IMG/VR virus record: IMGVR_UViG_3300022753_000060
Direction: 5' to 3' (one strand)
Source of the DNA: a virus
DNA length: 64,000 nt
The notes below the pieces were generated by a model. That model ran no database searches. It had not been told where the DNA came from and saw nothing but the letters and a program-made list of their open reading frames with translations. A program made the position numbers and the translations under genes. The first letter of the stretch is position 1. The number at the start of each line of letters is the position of its first letter. Below, piece after piece: positions 1 to 9,573 of this stretch.

Positions 1-1
1 A

Positions 2-208
2 TTTAGATCTAATATATTAGCCTTAGATGAGGTATTTGATAATTTAGATTCAATAGGATGCGATAAAATAATTGAATTAATAACTACTAAGTTAACTGAT
101 GTTGAAAGTATATTTATAATAACCCATCATTCTGATGATTTATTAATACCTTGTGATTTAGAATTAAAAATTGTTAAAAATGTAAATGGTATAAGTGAGA
201 TAATGTAA
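2..208 (+). CDS. SMC/SbcC(Rad50)-family ATPase, C-terminal fragment (5' end outside window)
   Basis: Frame-2 translation ...LALDEVFDNLD (Walker B/D-loop) ... SIFIITHHSDDLL (H-loop) ... ISEIM, stop TAA 206-208. Confidence 0.5.
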   Translation, partial: FRSNILALDEVFDNLDSIGCDKIIELITTKLTDVESIFIITHHSDDLLIPCDLELKIVKNVNGISEIM

Positions 209-315
209 TGAAAAAAGAGCCAAAAATGAAATACACCGATATGTGCATTTATATTGATAAATGAATATATACGGACAATTATGATGCAGATATCATATTT
301 GATTATTTATATAAA

Positions 316-1059
316 TTGTTTTATGCGCTATCCTATAAGAAAAAATTTTTTAATTCCATTGAGGATTATAAAAATTACAGTATCTATGGGGCTACGCAGA
401 CATTCTTAAGATTGACAAATCCAAAACAATTCTTACCGGATGATGATCCAAAAAAATTACCTAAAATTAAATCTGTTTTAAATTTTATAAAGAAAATATT
501 ATACCCAGCTAGAGTTAATTATCAACAAGAAGCGTTTAATAAGATAATAGATTCAGAAGTTCAAGGAAATGATGCAGTAGATGCTTTTAAAGAATACTCT
601 TCGAGATCTATAAGTGATCAACATAACCCATTAATCCAAATAGAAGTTGAGAATTGTTTGTCTTCTATTCCGCGAACATTAAAAAAATTTCTAGAAGATA
701 GCCCATACTCATCTGATAATGTAACATTGAATAATATATATACTAGTTGTTTGATAACTTTACTAAGAAGCATAACAATGAGTAATTATAATAAAACTAG
801 ATTATATTCTAAAGGTACGGATAATTATAGACTAAATATTGATGAGTTATTAGTAGATATTTATAAGCAAGAAGCAGCTAATTCACCTATAACTTGGCAT
901 TTACCTCGAGAGCTTACAGAATATATTAATGTAGTGTGCAATCAATTAAAGCATTTAATAGCGAAAGATATAAAACATATATGCATGATGAATGAGATAG
1001 ATACCGCTGTTTTTGAAGATTTATTAATAAACCCAGGAGATAATAAAGATGTTGAATAA
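316..1059 (+). CDS. hypothetical protein
   Basis: 247-aa ORF, TAA stop, overlaps next gene start (operon-like). Confidence 0.5.
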   Translation: MFYALSYKKKFFNSIEDYKNYSIYGATQTFLRLTNPKQFLPDDDPKKLPKIKSVLNFIKKILYPARVNYQQEAFNKIIDSEVQGNDAVDAFKEYSSRSISDQHNPLIQIEVENCLSSIPRTLKKFLEDSPYSSDNVTLNNIYTSCLITLLRSITMSNYNKTRLYSKGTDNYRLNIDELLVDIYKQEAANSPITWHLPRELTEYINVVCNQLKHLIAKDIKHICMMNEIDTAVFEDLLINPGDNKDVE

Positions 1060-1435
1060 AGATGCTATAAAAACATTGCAAGATATAGATATATATTCAT
1101 TATCAATGTTCACATTATATAAATTGACTGAGATACCAGAATATACAGCAATTGGAGAGTTACCTTATATTTTAGATAAAGATAACATGTTAAAATTATG
1201 CCAATATTTTGGCGGTCGAAGTATTAAAATTCCTACAGTAGAAGAATTATATTCTACCATGAATTTATTGTTATTATATCAGTATGTGAATATTGAGGGA
1301 AAATCTTATGATGAAGCCATACAAATTATTGGTTATTCGTCAAGAGAACTTAGAAAAGTAAAACAAGCTTACCAAAAACTATGTGATGTTTTAGCAAATT
1401 ACAATTTTAAGCATAGAGGTAAGTATGAAGATTAA
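1049..1435 (+). CDS. hypothetical protein
   Basis: 128-aa ORF; ATG overlaps upstream stop. Confidence 0.45.
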   Translation: MLNKDAIKTLQDIDIYSLSMFTLYKLTEIPEYTAIGELPYILDKDNMLKLCQYFGGRSIKIPTVEELYSTMNLLLLYQYVNIEGKSYDEAIQIIGYSSRELRKVKQAYQKLCDVLANYNFKHRGKYED

Positions 1436-1640
1436 TTATATATTGCAAGAACTAAAATCTTATGTTGAGCCGGATAAGAAAAAAATTTTTAGTGCCGCAG
1501 TAGAAGATAGGTTGAACAAAGGTGTAGTTCAATATTATAATAATTTAAGTAAAGCTTATGATAAGCTGTATTTATATTCAGATAATTATGAATTAAAATT
1601 AATAAAAAAACTAAATAAAGGAATGAAAAAAGATGAATAA
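1425..1640 (+). CDS. hypothetical small protein
   Basis: 71-aa ORF in tight operon spacing. Confidence 0.35.
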   Translation: MKINYILQELKSYVEPDKKKIFSAAVEDRLNKGVVQYYNNLSKAYDKLYLYSDNYELKLIKKLNKGMKKDE

Positions 1641-1641
1641 T

Positions 1642-1950
1642 ATGATAGAAGATTTATCTAAATTGACCACTATCCCAACAGATGCTCTTTCTAAATTAGT
1701 GCAAAAATCGGAATGAATTATTTGCGATACAATTTGCGGGTCAACAGGTAATATATTTGAGATTGATATTGGGCTTGGTAAATTACTTATTTCAAATGAA
1801 TTAGAATATGTTAGGTATAAATTTATACCTAGTGAATCATTAGATGCGAGTATTAGAAAGACATTAGATACAAAAATTAATCCTCTTCAAGATAAGCTTG
1901 AAAAAAGATTAATAAATAAAATAATACATACATACAAGGATATTTTATAA
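1642..1950 (+). CDS. hypothetical protein with in-frame TGA (read as sense)
   Basis: ATG 1642 directly after upstream stop; single frame of 103 codons to TAA 1948-1950, with one in-frame TGA at 1714-1716 (..QKSE[TGA]IICDTICG..). Not in standard-code ORF track. Confidence 0.45.
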
Positions 1951-1956
1951 AATAAA

Positions 1957-2457
1957 ATGGAAGATAAATTAACATCAACTGATTTAATAAATATAAGTAA
2001 TTTACAAAGTTCTGATGAATTGAATAAAAAATTAATAGAAGAAACTGATCCAGAAAAATTAAAACGAATTGCTGATCTATTCAATATGGTACAGGCTAAA
2101 AAAGATATATTAAGATTAGAGAAATACAGCGACCTTATTGATGCTATCACAGCTCAAATGGAAGCTAGAATACGACTTAAGCCATCTGAATTTAGTAATA
2201 AAGATTTGATTGATTACCTAAATGCGATAAGCTTAAATCTAGATAAAGCTAAAAAATCTTTTGATGTAGTTGAAAATTCACCTACAATTCAAATAAACCA
2301 AGTAAATATAGACAATGAAAATGCATCTATATCAAGAGAATCTAGAGAAAAAGTAACTGAGGCTATTGCAGCTATAATGAAAAAATTAAATATGCAAGAA
2401 CAATCAGAAGATGAGATTATAGTAGAGCAAGATGCTTTATTAAAAGAGGAAGAATAA
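1957..2457 (+). CDS. hypothetical acidic protein
   Basis: 166-aa ORF. Confidence 0.5.
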   Translation: MEDKLTSTDLINISNLQSSDELNKKLIEETDPEKLKRIADLFNMVQAKKDILRLEKYSDLIDAITAQMEARIRLKPSEFSNKDLIDYLNAISLNLDKAKKSFDVVENSPTIQINQVNIDNENASISRESREKVTEAIAAIMKKLNMQEQSEDEIIVEQDALLKEEE

Positions 2458-2741
2458 TGTTAGAATTTATTTTAAAGAAAGATAAAAAACATAATTCACT
2501 TTGCCAGATTAAAAAAGATGATATTGTTATTTATCTAACAGAAAAAGAATTAGAAATTCTCATAGAAGATATTTATGAAAAAAGACGAGATGCTTTTGAC
2601 AATATTCCTGTATTAACTATAATGAAACAAGAAATAGATGATTTGAAAAGTACAGTTAATAATTTATATGAAGAAATGGCTGAAATGCAGTCAGATATGG
2701 ATGATTTAGAAGATGAATTGAATGAATACAGGGAGGATTAA
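2457..2741 (+). CDS. hypothetical acidic protein
   Basis: 94-aa ORF, stop/start overlap. Confidence 0.45.
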   Translation: MLEFILKKDKKHNSLCQIKKDDIVIYLTEKELEILIEDIYEKRRDAFDNIPVLTIMKQEIDDLKSTVNNLYEEMAEMQSDMDDLEDELNEYRED

Positions 2742-3106
2742 TGAAACAGACTATTAGAATAGGTACATTTGAAACTAACTCAAGTTCAACTCATTCTTTA
2801 ATACTAGTTAATGTTGATGAATTTGAAAAATTTAAAAATAAAGAATTATATTTTTATATATGGGGTGATAAATTTTTAAAGAAAGAAGAAATTGCAGAAC
2901 TTGAGGATTTTAAAAGTGAATACCCAGATTATAAAGAGTTAGATGACTCTGAAAAAGAAACCGCTATCAATGATTTTATTTGTGATTTTTCAGAATGTGA
3001 TTATCCAGTTTTAGGAACATATCATAGCATGGATATATGTACTCGAGGAGTATATGATAAAGATGGCAATAAACAAATAGCATTTAGTTATTATATATCA
3101 GGTTAA
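2741..3106 (+). CDS. MKQxIR-TFETNSSSxHS family protein (paralog 1 of 6)
   Basis: N-terminus MKQTIRIGTFETNSSSTHSLIL shared with 5 other ORFs in window; divergent C-terminus. Confidence 0.6.
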   Translation: MKQTIRIGTFETNSSSTHSLILVNVDEFEKFKNKELYFYIWGDKFLKKEEIAELEDFKSEYPDYKELDDSEKETAINDFICDFSECDYPVLGTYHSMDICTRGVYDKDGNKQIAFSYYISG

Positions 3107-3120
3107 AGGAGAATAAAAAA

Positions 3121-3525
3121 ATGAAACAAACAATTAGACAAAATACTTTTGAAACGAATAGTAGTTCTGTACATAATATGGTAGTTATTCCTGAAAGTAA
3201 AATGGAAGCGTGGGAGAATAACGAACTATATTATGCTAGATATGTATGGGGAAAAGAAGTAAAAGAATTTGTTAAGAAAAATAATGGTAGATTATTGTAT
3301 ACCAAACAAGAACTTATAGATTCTGGAATGTTTGATGATATGCCAAAAAGGGAAGATTTTGAAGATGAATATGAGTTCGAAGATGCAATAGAAGAATATT
3401 TTGATGATAGTGATTTTGTAACTGCTGATAAATGGTCAAGAGAATTGGAAGAAGATGAGCATATTTATATAACAGAATCTGGTGAAAAATTACATATAAT
3501 TTGTCAATATGGTTATGAAGGATAG
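3121..3525 (+). CDS. MKQxIR-TFETNSSSxHS family protein (paralog 2)
   Basis: N-terminus MKQTIRQNTFETNSSSVHNMVV; RBS aaggaga upstream. Confidence 0.6.
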   Translation: MKQTIRQNTFETNSSSVHNMVVIPESKMEAWENNELYYARYVWGKEVKEFVKKNNGRLLYTKQELIDSGMFDDMPKREDFEDEYEFEDAIEEYFDDSDFVTADKWSRELEEDEHIYITESGEKLHIICQYGYEG

Positions 3526-4315
3526 TATTTTAGTTCAATTAAACACTTCTTTTAATGATTATTGTTTTTATGAAAAAGAACATTATTACACTTATAAAGA
3601 TAAAAGAGTAAAGTGCAGTGTAACACAGTTTGTAAGTCAAAAACATATAGAATTCGATAAAGAAAATATGAGTGCTTACGTTGCAAAGAGAGATAAAGTT
3701 TCTCAAGAAGAAGTTCTTAAAAAATGGGATATTGCTGCTAAGTTATCTTGTGATGTAGGTACTTTATTTCATTTAAGAAGTGAGCAGCTTGCTAATAATA
3801 AAGTATTTGATATTGATTATAGTTCTTATGCAAATTTAGAACATATTTCAGATATAAAAGGAAGACTTGAAAAACTAATACCTTTACAAGATAAATTCTT
3901 CTTAGATATTCATAATAAACTGATACCTATAAAAACAGAGTTTACTGTAGGATATGAAGATATAATAGCTGGTAATATAGATTTATTAGCTTGGAATGTT
4001 AAAGATCAAGAATTTCAGATATGGGATTATAAAACTAATAAAGATATAAAAACGAGTAATAAATATCAGAAATTATTAGATGAGTTTGATTTTCTAGATG
4101 ACTGTGAGTTAAATAAATATTCAATACAACTTGGTATTTATAAAGAACTTTTACAAAGAAAATTAGGTATAAAGATTGGTAAATGTTATTTAGCTTGGTT
4201 TAATGAGAATAACGATGATTACAAGATATTTAAATGTCTAGACTTAGAACAATCTATTAAACAATGCTTAGATAACTTAATAAGGAAAGAGATAGATGGA
4301 AATAACTCCAATTAA
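3509..4315 (+). CDS. PD-(D/E)xK nuclease (RecB/Cas4-like)
   Basis: Motifs GNIDLLAW...EFQIWDYKTNK (hhhD ... E ... hDYKT) typical of RecB-family nuclease core. Confidence 0.5.
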   Translation: MVMKDSILVQLNTSFNDYCFYEKEHYYTYKDKRVKCSVTQFVSQKHIEFDKENMSAYVAKRDKVSQEEVLKKWDIAAKLSCDVGTLFHLRSEQLANNKVFDIDYSSYANLEHISDIKGRLEKLIPLQDKFFLDIHNKLIPIKTEFTVGYEDIIAGNIDLLAWNVKDQEFQIWDYKTNKDIKTSNKYQKLLDEFDFLDDCELNKYSIQLGIYKELLQRKLGIKIGKCYLAWFNENNDDYKIFKCLDLEQSIKQCLDNLIRKEIDGNNSN

Positions 4316-5105
4316 AACAAAGTTAGACAATGTAGGGAATAATATTAAAATATACACTCTAAGTGATATGCATATAGGTGATGCAAATGCTGATCTACCT
4401 ACATTAAGAATGATTATTGATTTTATTAAAAATACCCCAGAATGTTATTGTATTTTATTAGGTGATATACTAAATACTGCTTTAAAAATGTCTAAGTCAG
4501 ATATTTATAGTGAGGCCTTGAGCCTATCTGAAGCGCAAAAATTAGCATTAGAATTATTATTACCTATTAAAGATAAAATACTAGCAATGACACCAGGTAA
4601 TCATGAGAATAGAGTTTGGAAAGAAGTTGGGGTAGATTTATCTTTATGGTTAGCTGAAAAGTTAGGTATTCAAGATAGATATAGAAATAATGGTATAGCA
4701 CTAACAATTCAATTCGGTAAAGATGTAAATGGTAATCCTTTTAGATTAAATATATTTGGTCAACATGGTGCTTATGGTGGCGGTAGAAAATTAGGTGCTG
4801 CTATGAATGCACTTGAAGATTTAGATGGCATTGTTGGCAATGCAGATATCTATATAAGAGCGCATACACATCAACCAATTCAAGGTTCAAGAAATATATT
4901 CTTATTTGATGATAAAGGTAACATAAGTAGAAATACAAAGTATTATTTCAATAGCCCATCAGTAATGAATTATGGTGGATATGCTTACGATAAAGGCTAT
5001 AAACCAACAGATGATACTCCTTGCTATTTGAATATTAGAGCTGTCTCTCAAAGAAAAGGAACTAAAACTTTAAAGAATTTTAAAATAGATAAAGTGAGTT
5101 TGTAG
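4296..5105 (+). CDS. calcineurin-like metallophosphoesterase
   Basis: LSDMHIGD, LLGDIL, PGNHEN, GQHG, AHTHQ metallophosphatase motifs in order. Confidence 0.6.
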   Translation: MEITPIKTKLDNVGNNIKIYTLSDMHIGDANADLPTLRMIIDFIKNTPECYCILLGDILNTALKMSKSDIYSEALSLSEAQKLALELLLPIKDKILAMTPGNHENRVWKEVGVDLSLWLAEKLGIQDRYRNNGIALTIQFGKDVNGNPFRLNIFGQHGAYGGGRKLGAAMNALEDLDGIVGNADIYIRAHTHQPIQGSRNIFLFDDKGNISRNTKYYFNSPSVMNYGGYAYDKGYKPTDDTPCYLNIRAVSQRKGTKTLKNFKIDKVSL

Positions 5106-5106
5106 T

Positions 5107-5295
5107 ATGGATATCTTAAATTTTATATTAATAGAGATATTAATGATAACCCTTCATGCTTTATATATAGCAGATAATGTAAGAAATAAAATACCTTATA
5201 TTCATCTAATTATTTTAATGATAATATGGGGCTGTCTATTAATAGCTGATATAGTGAGATTACTAACTTCCTTAAATTTTATTTATTTATGCTAA
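5107..5295 (+). CDS. small hydrophobic protein
   Basis: 62-aa ORF, two hydrophobic segments. Confidence 0.3.
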   Translation: MDILNFILIEILMITLHALYIADNVRNKIPYIHLIILMIIWGCLLIADIVRLLTSLNFIYLC

Positions 5296-5403
5296 ATTTA
5301 TATGAGAAGGAAAACTCAATAAAACCAAAGCTCATATTAATTTTGTATAAGTCAAAACGTAAGTCCTATAAAGGTAAGTCGTTAAAGTAAAGGAGAATTA
5401 AAA

Positions 5404-5850
5404 ATGAAATATTGGTCAGAATTGTTACAAAAACCGTTTGATACGGAAAAAGAATGCTTACAAGCAGAGAAAGAATTTAAAAGAAAAAAAGCACAAGAAG
5501 ATGCCACAAAATCAGCAATTAGTGCTGATAAAAAATTTATGGCAGGAAAAATAGAAGAAGCAGATAAAAAATTAAAAGAAGCAAACGAAAATTATAAATT
5601 AGCAAAAAATAAAGCAGCTGAAATATTAGAAAAATCTAATAAAGAAGTTGAGACAATATTAGAAGAAGCAAGAGAAGTAGTAAGACAAGCAGAAAAAGAT
5701 AGATTAGAAGCAGTTAGATCTTTTAATGAAAAATATGGTGCTTATACCACAACATTAACTGGTGAAAAAGCAACAGAAGAATTTAATAAAGCTATTTCAA
5801 AGCTTACAGATGATTTTAATCCATTTAAATGGTTTAATTTATTGTTTTAG
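5404..5850 (+). CDS. hypothetical coiled-coil protein
   Basis: 148-aa ORF, RBS aaggagaa upstream, K/E-rich. A hairpin follows at 5870-5910 (ACCAGAGTGCTTCTAAACATCTCTGGTT). Confidence 0.5.
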   Translation: MKYWSELLQKPFDTEKECLQAEKEFKRKKAQEDATKSAISADKKFMAGKIEEADKKLKEANENYKLAKNKAAEILEKSNKEVETILEEAREVVRQAEKDRLEAVRSFNEKYGAYTTTLTGEKATEEFNKAISKLTDDFNPFKWFNLLF

Positions 5851-5973
5851 TATTTAATATGTTAATATGAGTTTCGTAAACCAGAGTGCTTCTAAACATC
5901 TCTGGTTTTTATTGTTTAATAATACATTCAAATAACATTTTAATATAAATAAAAATTTTTTAAAAAATATGTG

Positions 5974-6011
5974 AAATTTAGTTTACTTTTTAATTTTAAT
6001 AGTATATAATA
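5974..6011 (+). promoter_or_regulatory. class-A promoter/terminator motif AAATTTAGTTTACTTTT-N(16-18)-TATAAT (copy 1 of 8)
   Basis: Other copies at about 29753, 32671, 34974, 40126, 46293, 48591 and 54984. Several are preceded by inverted partner AAAGTAAACT, forming a hairpin, and followed by a T-run. Confidence 0.45.
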
Positions 6012-6046
6012 ATTATGTAATTAAAATTAAAAAGGAGAAATTAAAT

Positions 6047-6472
6047 ATGGCAAAATGGTATGGAAGTGTAAACAATAGGTTAGAAGAAAATAAAATGTTC
6101 TGTGATAAAATAGAAGTAGGAACATTGTTAACTGAGTATTTCTACAGTGATTGTCATCCGTACGAAGTAGTTGAAGTTATAAGTCAAACACATGTAAAAG
6201 TAAGAGCTTTAGATTATAAACCAGCAGGCCCTGCAATGAGCAATGATTGGGAACTTGTACGCAACTTTAACAACTCAGTGGTAGAATTAAAAAAGCGTTA
6301 TGGTTTTTGGAATTGGGTTAAACGTTGGAAAAAAGAAGACTTAAAAACTTGCTATGTATTTCCAAAAAATAAAATTTATGATAAGCTTATTAAAGACGGT
6401 ATTGCTGTAGAATATATAAGAACAAATATAAGCTTTGGAGTTGGAGAATATTATTATGACTACACAAAATAA
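6047..6472 (+). CDS. hypothetical protein
   Basis: 141-aa ORF downstream of TTTAC..TATAAT promoter motif and RBS aaaggaga. Confidence 0.5.
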   Translation: MAKWYGSVNNRLEENKMFCDKIEVGTLLTEYFYSDCHPYEVVEVISQTHVKVRALDYKPAGPAMSNDWELVRNFNNSVVELKKRYGFWNWVKRWKKEDLKTCYVFPKNKIYDKLIKDGIAVEYIRTNISFGVGEYYYDYTK

Positions 6473-6734
6473 AGCCATATATTTAAGAACAGAATATGTA
6501 AAAGATAAGTTTAGGCCCTATAAGATTAAATATTATTCTTATAGAGGCCAGACTTACTGGCTTGAATTTGATTTAACTGGATTCTATCTAGGGATGCACC
6601 ATTCAGTGAGAGGTGCTCATATATATCATCAATCTCAGATAGATGATCAGCTAGACAGAATACAAGTTTCAGTAGAAGATGCAGAAGTTGGATTTAATTT
6701 GTTTTATGACTATTGTGAAGGAAAACTAGATTAA
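6435..6734 (+). CDS. hypothetical protein
   Basis: 99-aa ORF overlapping upstream gene end. Confidence 0.4.
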   Translation: MELENIIMTTQNKAIYLRTEYVKDKFRPYKIKYYSYRGQTYWLEFDLTGFYLGMHHSVRGAHIYHQSQIDDQLDRIQVSVEDAEVGFNLFYDYCEGKLD

Positions 6735-6790
6735 TTACTGTATATATTTATGAGCTAATAACAACGATACTATATTAGCAAGGAGATAAA

Positions 6791-6985
6791 TTGAAAGAAA
6801 ATTTTAAATGTCCGAAATGTAGAAAAATGATAAAAGTCGGTAAAAAATTGCATGCTAGCTACACATGCCCAAACTGCCATAATCAAATGCTAATTTCTAA
6901 AGAAGAAAGGCAACAAGGAAAACTTAATTTTAAACCGAATTTTTTCTTGCATGATAGAAATACTAAACAAGTATATTCTCATTAA
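6791..6985 (+). CDS. zinc-ribbon protein
   Basis: CPKC...CPNC pair; RBS aaggaga; TTG start assumed. Confidence 0.4.
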   Translation: MKENFKCPKCRKMIKVGKKLHASYTCPNCHNQMLISKEERQQGKLNFKPNFFLHDRNTKQVYSH

Positions 6986-7073
6986 AATTTGATATGGGAA
7001 AACAAGGGAGAATAGGTAATATATATATCAAAATTCAATAACAGATTTTTATAAAGAAGCTACTAATACTGGT

Positions 7074-7337
7074 ATGGAAAGATTCTTATTATTTTTACAA
7101 GATTCTATATATGATTTAGAAGTTAATGGTAAGCAATTCGATCCTGATTATTTAGTCTTATCAGCTGCATTTTTTGTTGAATATATAAAGATATGTAAGA
7201 AAGAAGACACAGCTAAATCTATGCCAAAGCGATATGTAAATAACGCAATAAAGAAAGTTCGTCGTAGACAATGTACTTTGCTAGAATGTTATAAATCATT
7301 TTTTCCTAAATATTTTTTAAATTTTACAATAAAATAG
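7074..7337 (+). CDS. hypothetical protein
   Basis: 87-aa ORF. Confidence 0.4.
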   Translation: MERFLLFLQDSIYDLEVNGKQFDPDYLVLSAAFFVEYIKICKKEDTAKSMPKRYVNNAIKKVRRRQCTLLECYKSFFPKYFLNFTIK

Positions 7338-7389
7338 TTTACTTTTAGAGATAATTTATTATATAATAATGTATATAAAGGAGAATCAT

Positions 7390-7614
7390 ATGAAAACTAT
7401 TTTAGAAGAATCTGAGTTGAGATCAGAATTATTGATAGAATTAAAAGGCTATAGGAAATTAGATAAAAACGTACCGCTTTATGAGAAAGGATATCATCAA
7501 TTGTTTGGAACATCATTACGCACAATGACTAGTTCGCAGATAAACGATATGCTTATATTTATAACTAATATGAGGTTGTGTTACGAAAATAGAAATTTAA
7601 ACTGTATATTATAA
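7390..7614 (+). CDS. hypothetical protein
   Basis: ORF track starts 7369, but RBS aaggagaa precedes ATG at 7390. Confidence 0.4.
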   Translation: MKTILEESELRSELLIELKGYRKLDKNVPLYEKGYHQLFGTSLRTMTSSQINDMLIFITNMRLCYENRNLNCIL

Positions 7615-7619
7615 TGTAA

Positions 7620-7940
7620 GGTCTTTTTCAGCCAAATAAAGGTAGACCTAAATGGATAGCGATGCTTTGGAACTTATAGTTTAAGGTAATTTAGGTGAGT
7701 TAAGTTATATCTAAAAATCAAGATGCAGACTATCGCTCCCAAGACAGAGAGAATTAAAGAATAAAGTATTTGGAATCATTTATATCTTAAGCTGTCAGAT
7801 ATAAATGATTGAGATCTATACGGACAGTATTCGCGAATGGCACCCAGGAAAGACTGGGGTATACGGATATAAGATCTTAAGGTAAGAGCCCTGAGTAAGG
7901 GAAGTGTCGGTTCGATTCCAACTATATCCCAAATTAATTA
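7620..7940 (+). ncRNA. candidate structured non-coding RNA with tRNA-like 3' module (7865-7930)
   Basis: No ORF. 3' part folds as acceptor GGATATA/TATATCC with T-arm GTCGG-TTCGATT-CCAAC, but only ~66 nt with a degenerate anticodon arm. Upstream 250 nt is rich in short helices (e.g. CCCAGGAAAGACTGGGG). Confidence 0.3.
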
Positions 7941-7994
7941 TAAGTAGCTACATAAAAGAGAATTAATTGACACTCTGGAAAGACAGAGATGCAT

Positions 7995-8113
7995 GGCAAG
8001 GTAGCTCAGCAGGAGAGCGCGTAATAATTGAATCTTGTAGAAAAGATTTGTAACTGCAACTCTAAAAAGGTCTTTTAAACCCGTGGTCGTTGGTGCAAAT
8101 CCAACCCTTGCCT
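7995..8113 (+). tRNA. tRNA-like gene with ~45-nt insertion (identity unresolved)
   Basis: Acceptor GGCAAGG/CCTTGCC, D-arm GCTC-AGCAGGA-GAGC, T-arm GTTGG-TGCAAAT-CCAAC, but ~70 nt between D- and T-arms instead of ~22. No CCA encoded. Confidence 0.4.
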
Positions 8114-8315
8114 CAATTAGTTTATTATATTCCATACTGTAATAAACTTTTTATGTTTTTATATATTTAAGGATTTTAATTAGTTTTTATTCATTAATTC
8201 TTTATTATCTCCTTATATGGTTCAATAAGATATAAAAACATATACTTTTGCCTATCTAAAAGTTTTGGCTAGTCTTTCAGATAGTTGCTTAGCTCTTTAA
8301 AACTAGCTGCGTTAT

Positions 8316-8452
8316 GCAGATATGGCGGAATAGGTAGACGCAAAGGACTTCTTCAATATAGGAACGAAAGTTACGAGTTCAATTCTCGTGTTGAAGACCA
8401 AAAATCCCTCGGTAGCAATATCGTATCGGTTCGACTCCGATTATCTGCACCA
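8316..8452 (+). tRNA. tRNA-like gene (Leu-type D-arm) with ~45-nt insertion; internal CAA-loop hairpin
   Basis: Acceptor GCAGATA/TATCTGC + A + CCA; D-arm TGGCGGAATAGGTAGACGC (class II/Leu-like); T-arm ATCGG-TTCGACT-CCGAT; internal hairpin ACGAG-TTCAATT-CTCGT. Total 137 nt. Confidence 0.4.
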
Positions 8453-8806
8453 TTACAATTAGATAAATCTTTAAAGTAGAAGATAATAGAAATATCAAAT
8501 CGTGTTCCAATCGCTACGTATTTCTGCCTACTTTAGAAGAGATTTAGCGGTCTCAAATTTCCTAAGTGTTTAGTAAGCATTGGTTGCAAGAAAGAGATTT
8601 AATTTAATTGTATTATATAAATAGATAAAGTCCAGATTAGACCCAATGAGTAATTTGAGGATGAGAGGTTTGGTTGTTGGCCGCAACTCCTAGGCGAAGA
8701 GATTGTCAGTAATAGAAGGAATTCTATTATCACTCACAAATTACAAGAGTTTGAGTATCATCAATTAGAGATAGGTTAGTGGCGCTCTATTATCTATTTG
8801 TTATAT

Positions 8807-8881
8807 TCCTCGGTAGCTCAGCGGTGGAGCACTCGGCTGTTAACCGATAGGCCGTCCGTTCGAATCGGACCCGGGGAGCCA
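8807..8881 (+). tRNA. tRNA-Asn(GTT)
   Basis: Cloverleaf: acceptor TCCTCGG/CCGGGGA, anticodon loop CTGTTAA, T-loop GTTCGAATC, CCA encoded. Confidence 0.8.
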
Positions 8882-9085
8882 TTAATAAGAAATAAATCCG
8901 ATAATACCAAGTTCTATTAGAAAGGTATTTACTCTAATTAATATGTGAGTTAATTAGATAGAGTAGTTCACAGTGGTTAATAGTTTCTTATTAAGCCAGG
9001 ATAGTTAAACAAGCAAATAATGGGTCTGTCGTGGGAATAACTAAAAACCCAAATGTGTCCTTTTGCGTTAAGGTTAAACGCACAA

Positions 9086-9160
9086 TGCGAATTAACTCAA
9101 TGGTAGAGTGGCTGCTTCATACGCAGTAAGTTATAGGTTCGAGTCCTGTATTCGCAACCA
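9086..9160 (+). tRNA. tRNA-Met(CAT)
   Basis: Acceptor TGCGAAT/ATTCGCA, D ACTC-AATGGTA-GAGT, anticodon stem GCTGC/GCAGT, loop TTCATAC, CCA encoded. Confidence 0.75.
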
Positions 9161-9419
9161 TAACCCTCTAACGACGGTTAGATAAAAATGCAGATGGGTT
9201 CGACATGACTTTGTGAGTTTCAAAGTAAAATCTCCGTTCCTTATGTAGAAAGCGGTAGGGTACATACGTTTTTAGAATTTTGACGAGACAAAAAGGTGCA
9301 CAAAAGTGGGAAGTTTGTATATTTGATGTTACACTATAAAACTGATAATAATAATTGATAAATCGAGTTTATATAATTTGAATAAACCAACCTATCATAT
9401 TATATAAAATATACTTTAT

Positions 9420-9495
9420 CCGAATGTAGGTCAGTTGGTAGACTGCGTGGTTTGGGACCATGAGGTCGGGGGTTCGAGTCCCTCCATTCGGACCA
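9420..9495 (+). tRNA. tRNA-Pro(TGG)
   Basis: Acceptor CCGAATG/CATTCGG, anticodon loop TTTGGGA, T-loop GTTCGAGTC, CCA encoded. Confidence 0.8.
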
Positions 9496-9497
9496 AT

Positions 9498-9573
9498 GCT
9501 TCCATGGCGCAATTGGCAGCGCAACTGACTTGTAATCAGTAGGTTGTCCGTTCGACTCGGACTGGAAGCTCCA
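9498..9573 (+). tRNA. tRNA-Thr(TGT)
   Basis: Acceptor GCTTCCA/TGGAAGC, D GCGC-AATTGGCA-GCGC, anticodon stem ACTGA/TCAGT, loop CTTGTAA, CCA encoded. Confidence 0.8.

Noticed and set aside
7938-8135. ORF 7938-8135 (-), ORF 8285-8479 (+) and ORF 10641-10826 (+)
   Set aside because: They overlap tRNA or tRNA-like genes (7995-8113, 8316-8452, 10724-10799); the translations look like read-through of structured RNA.
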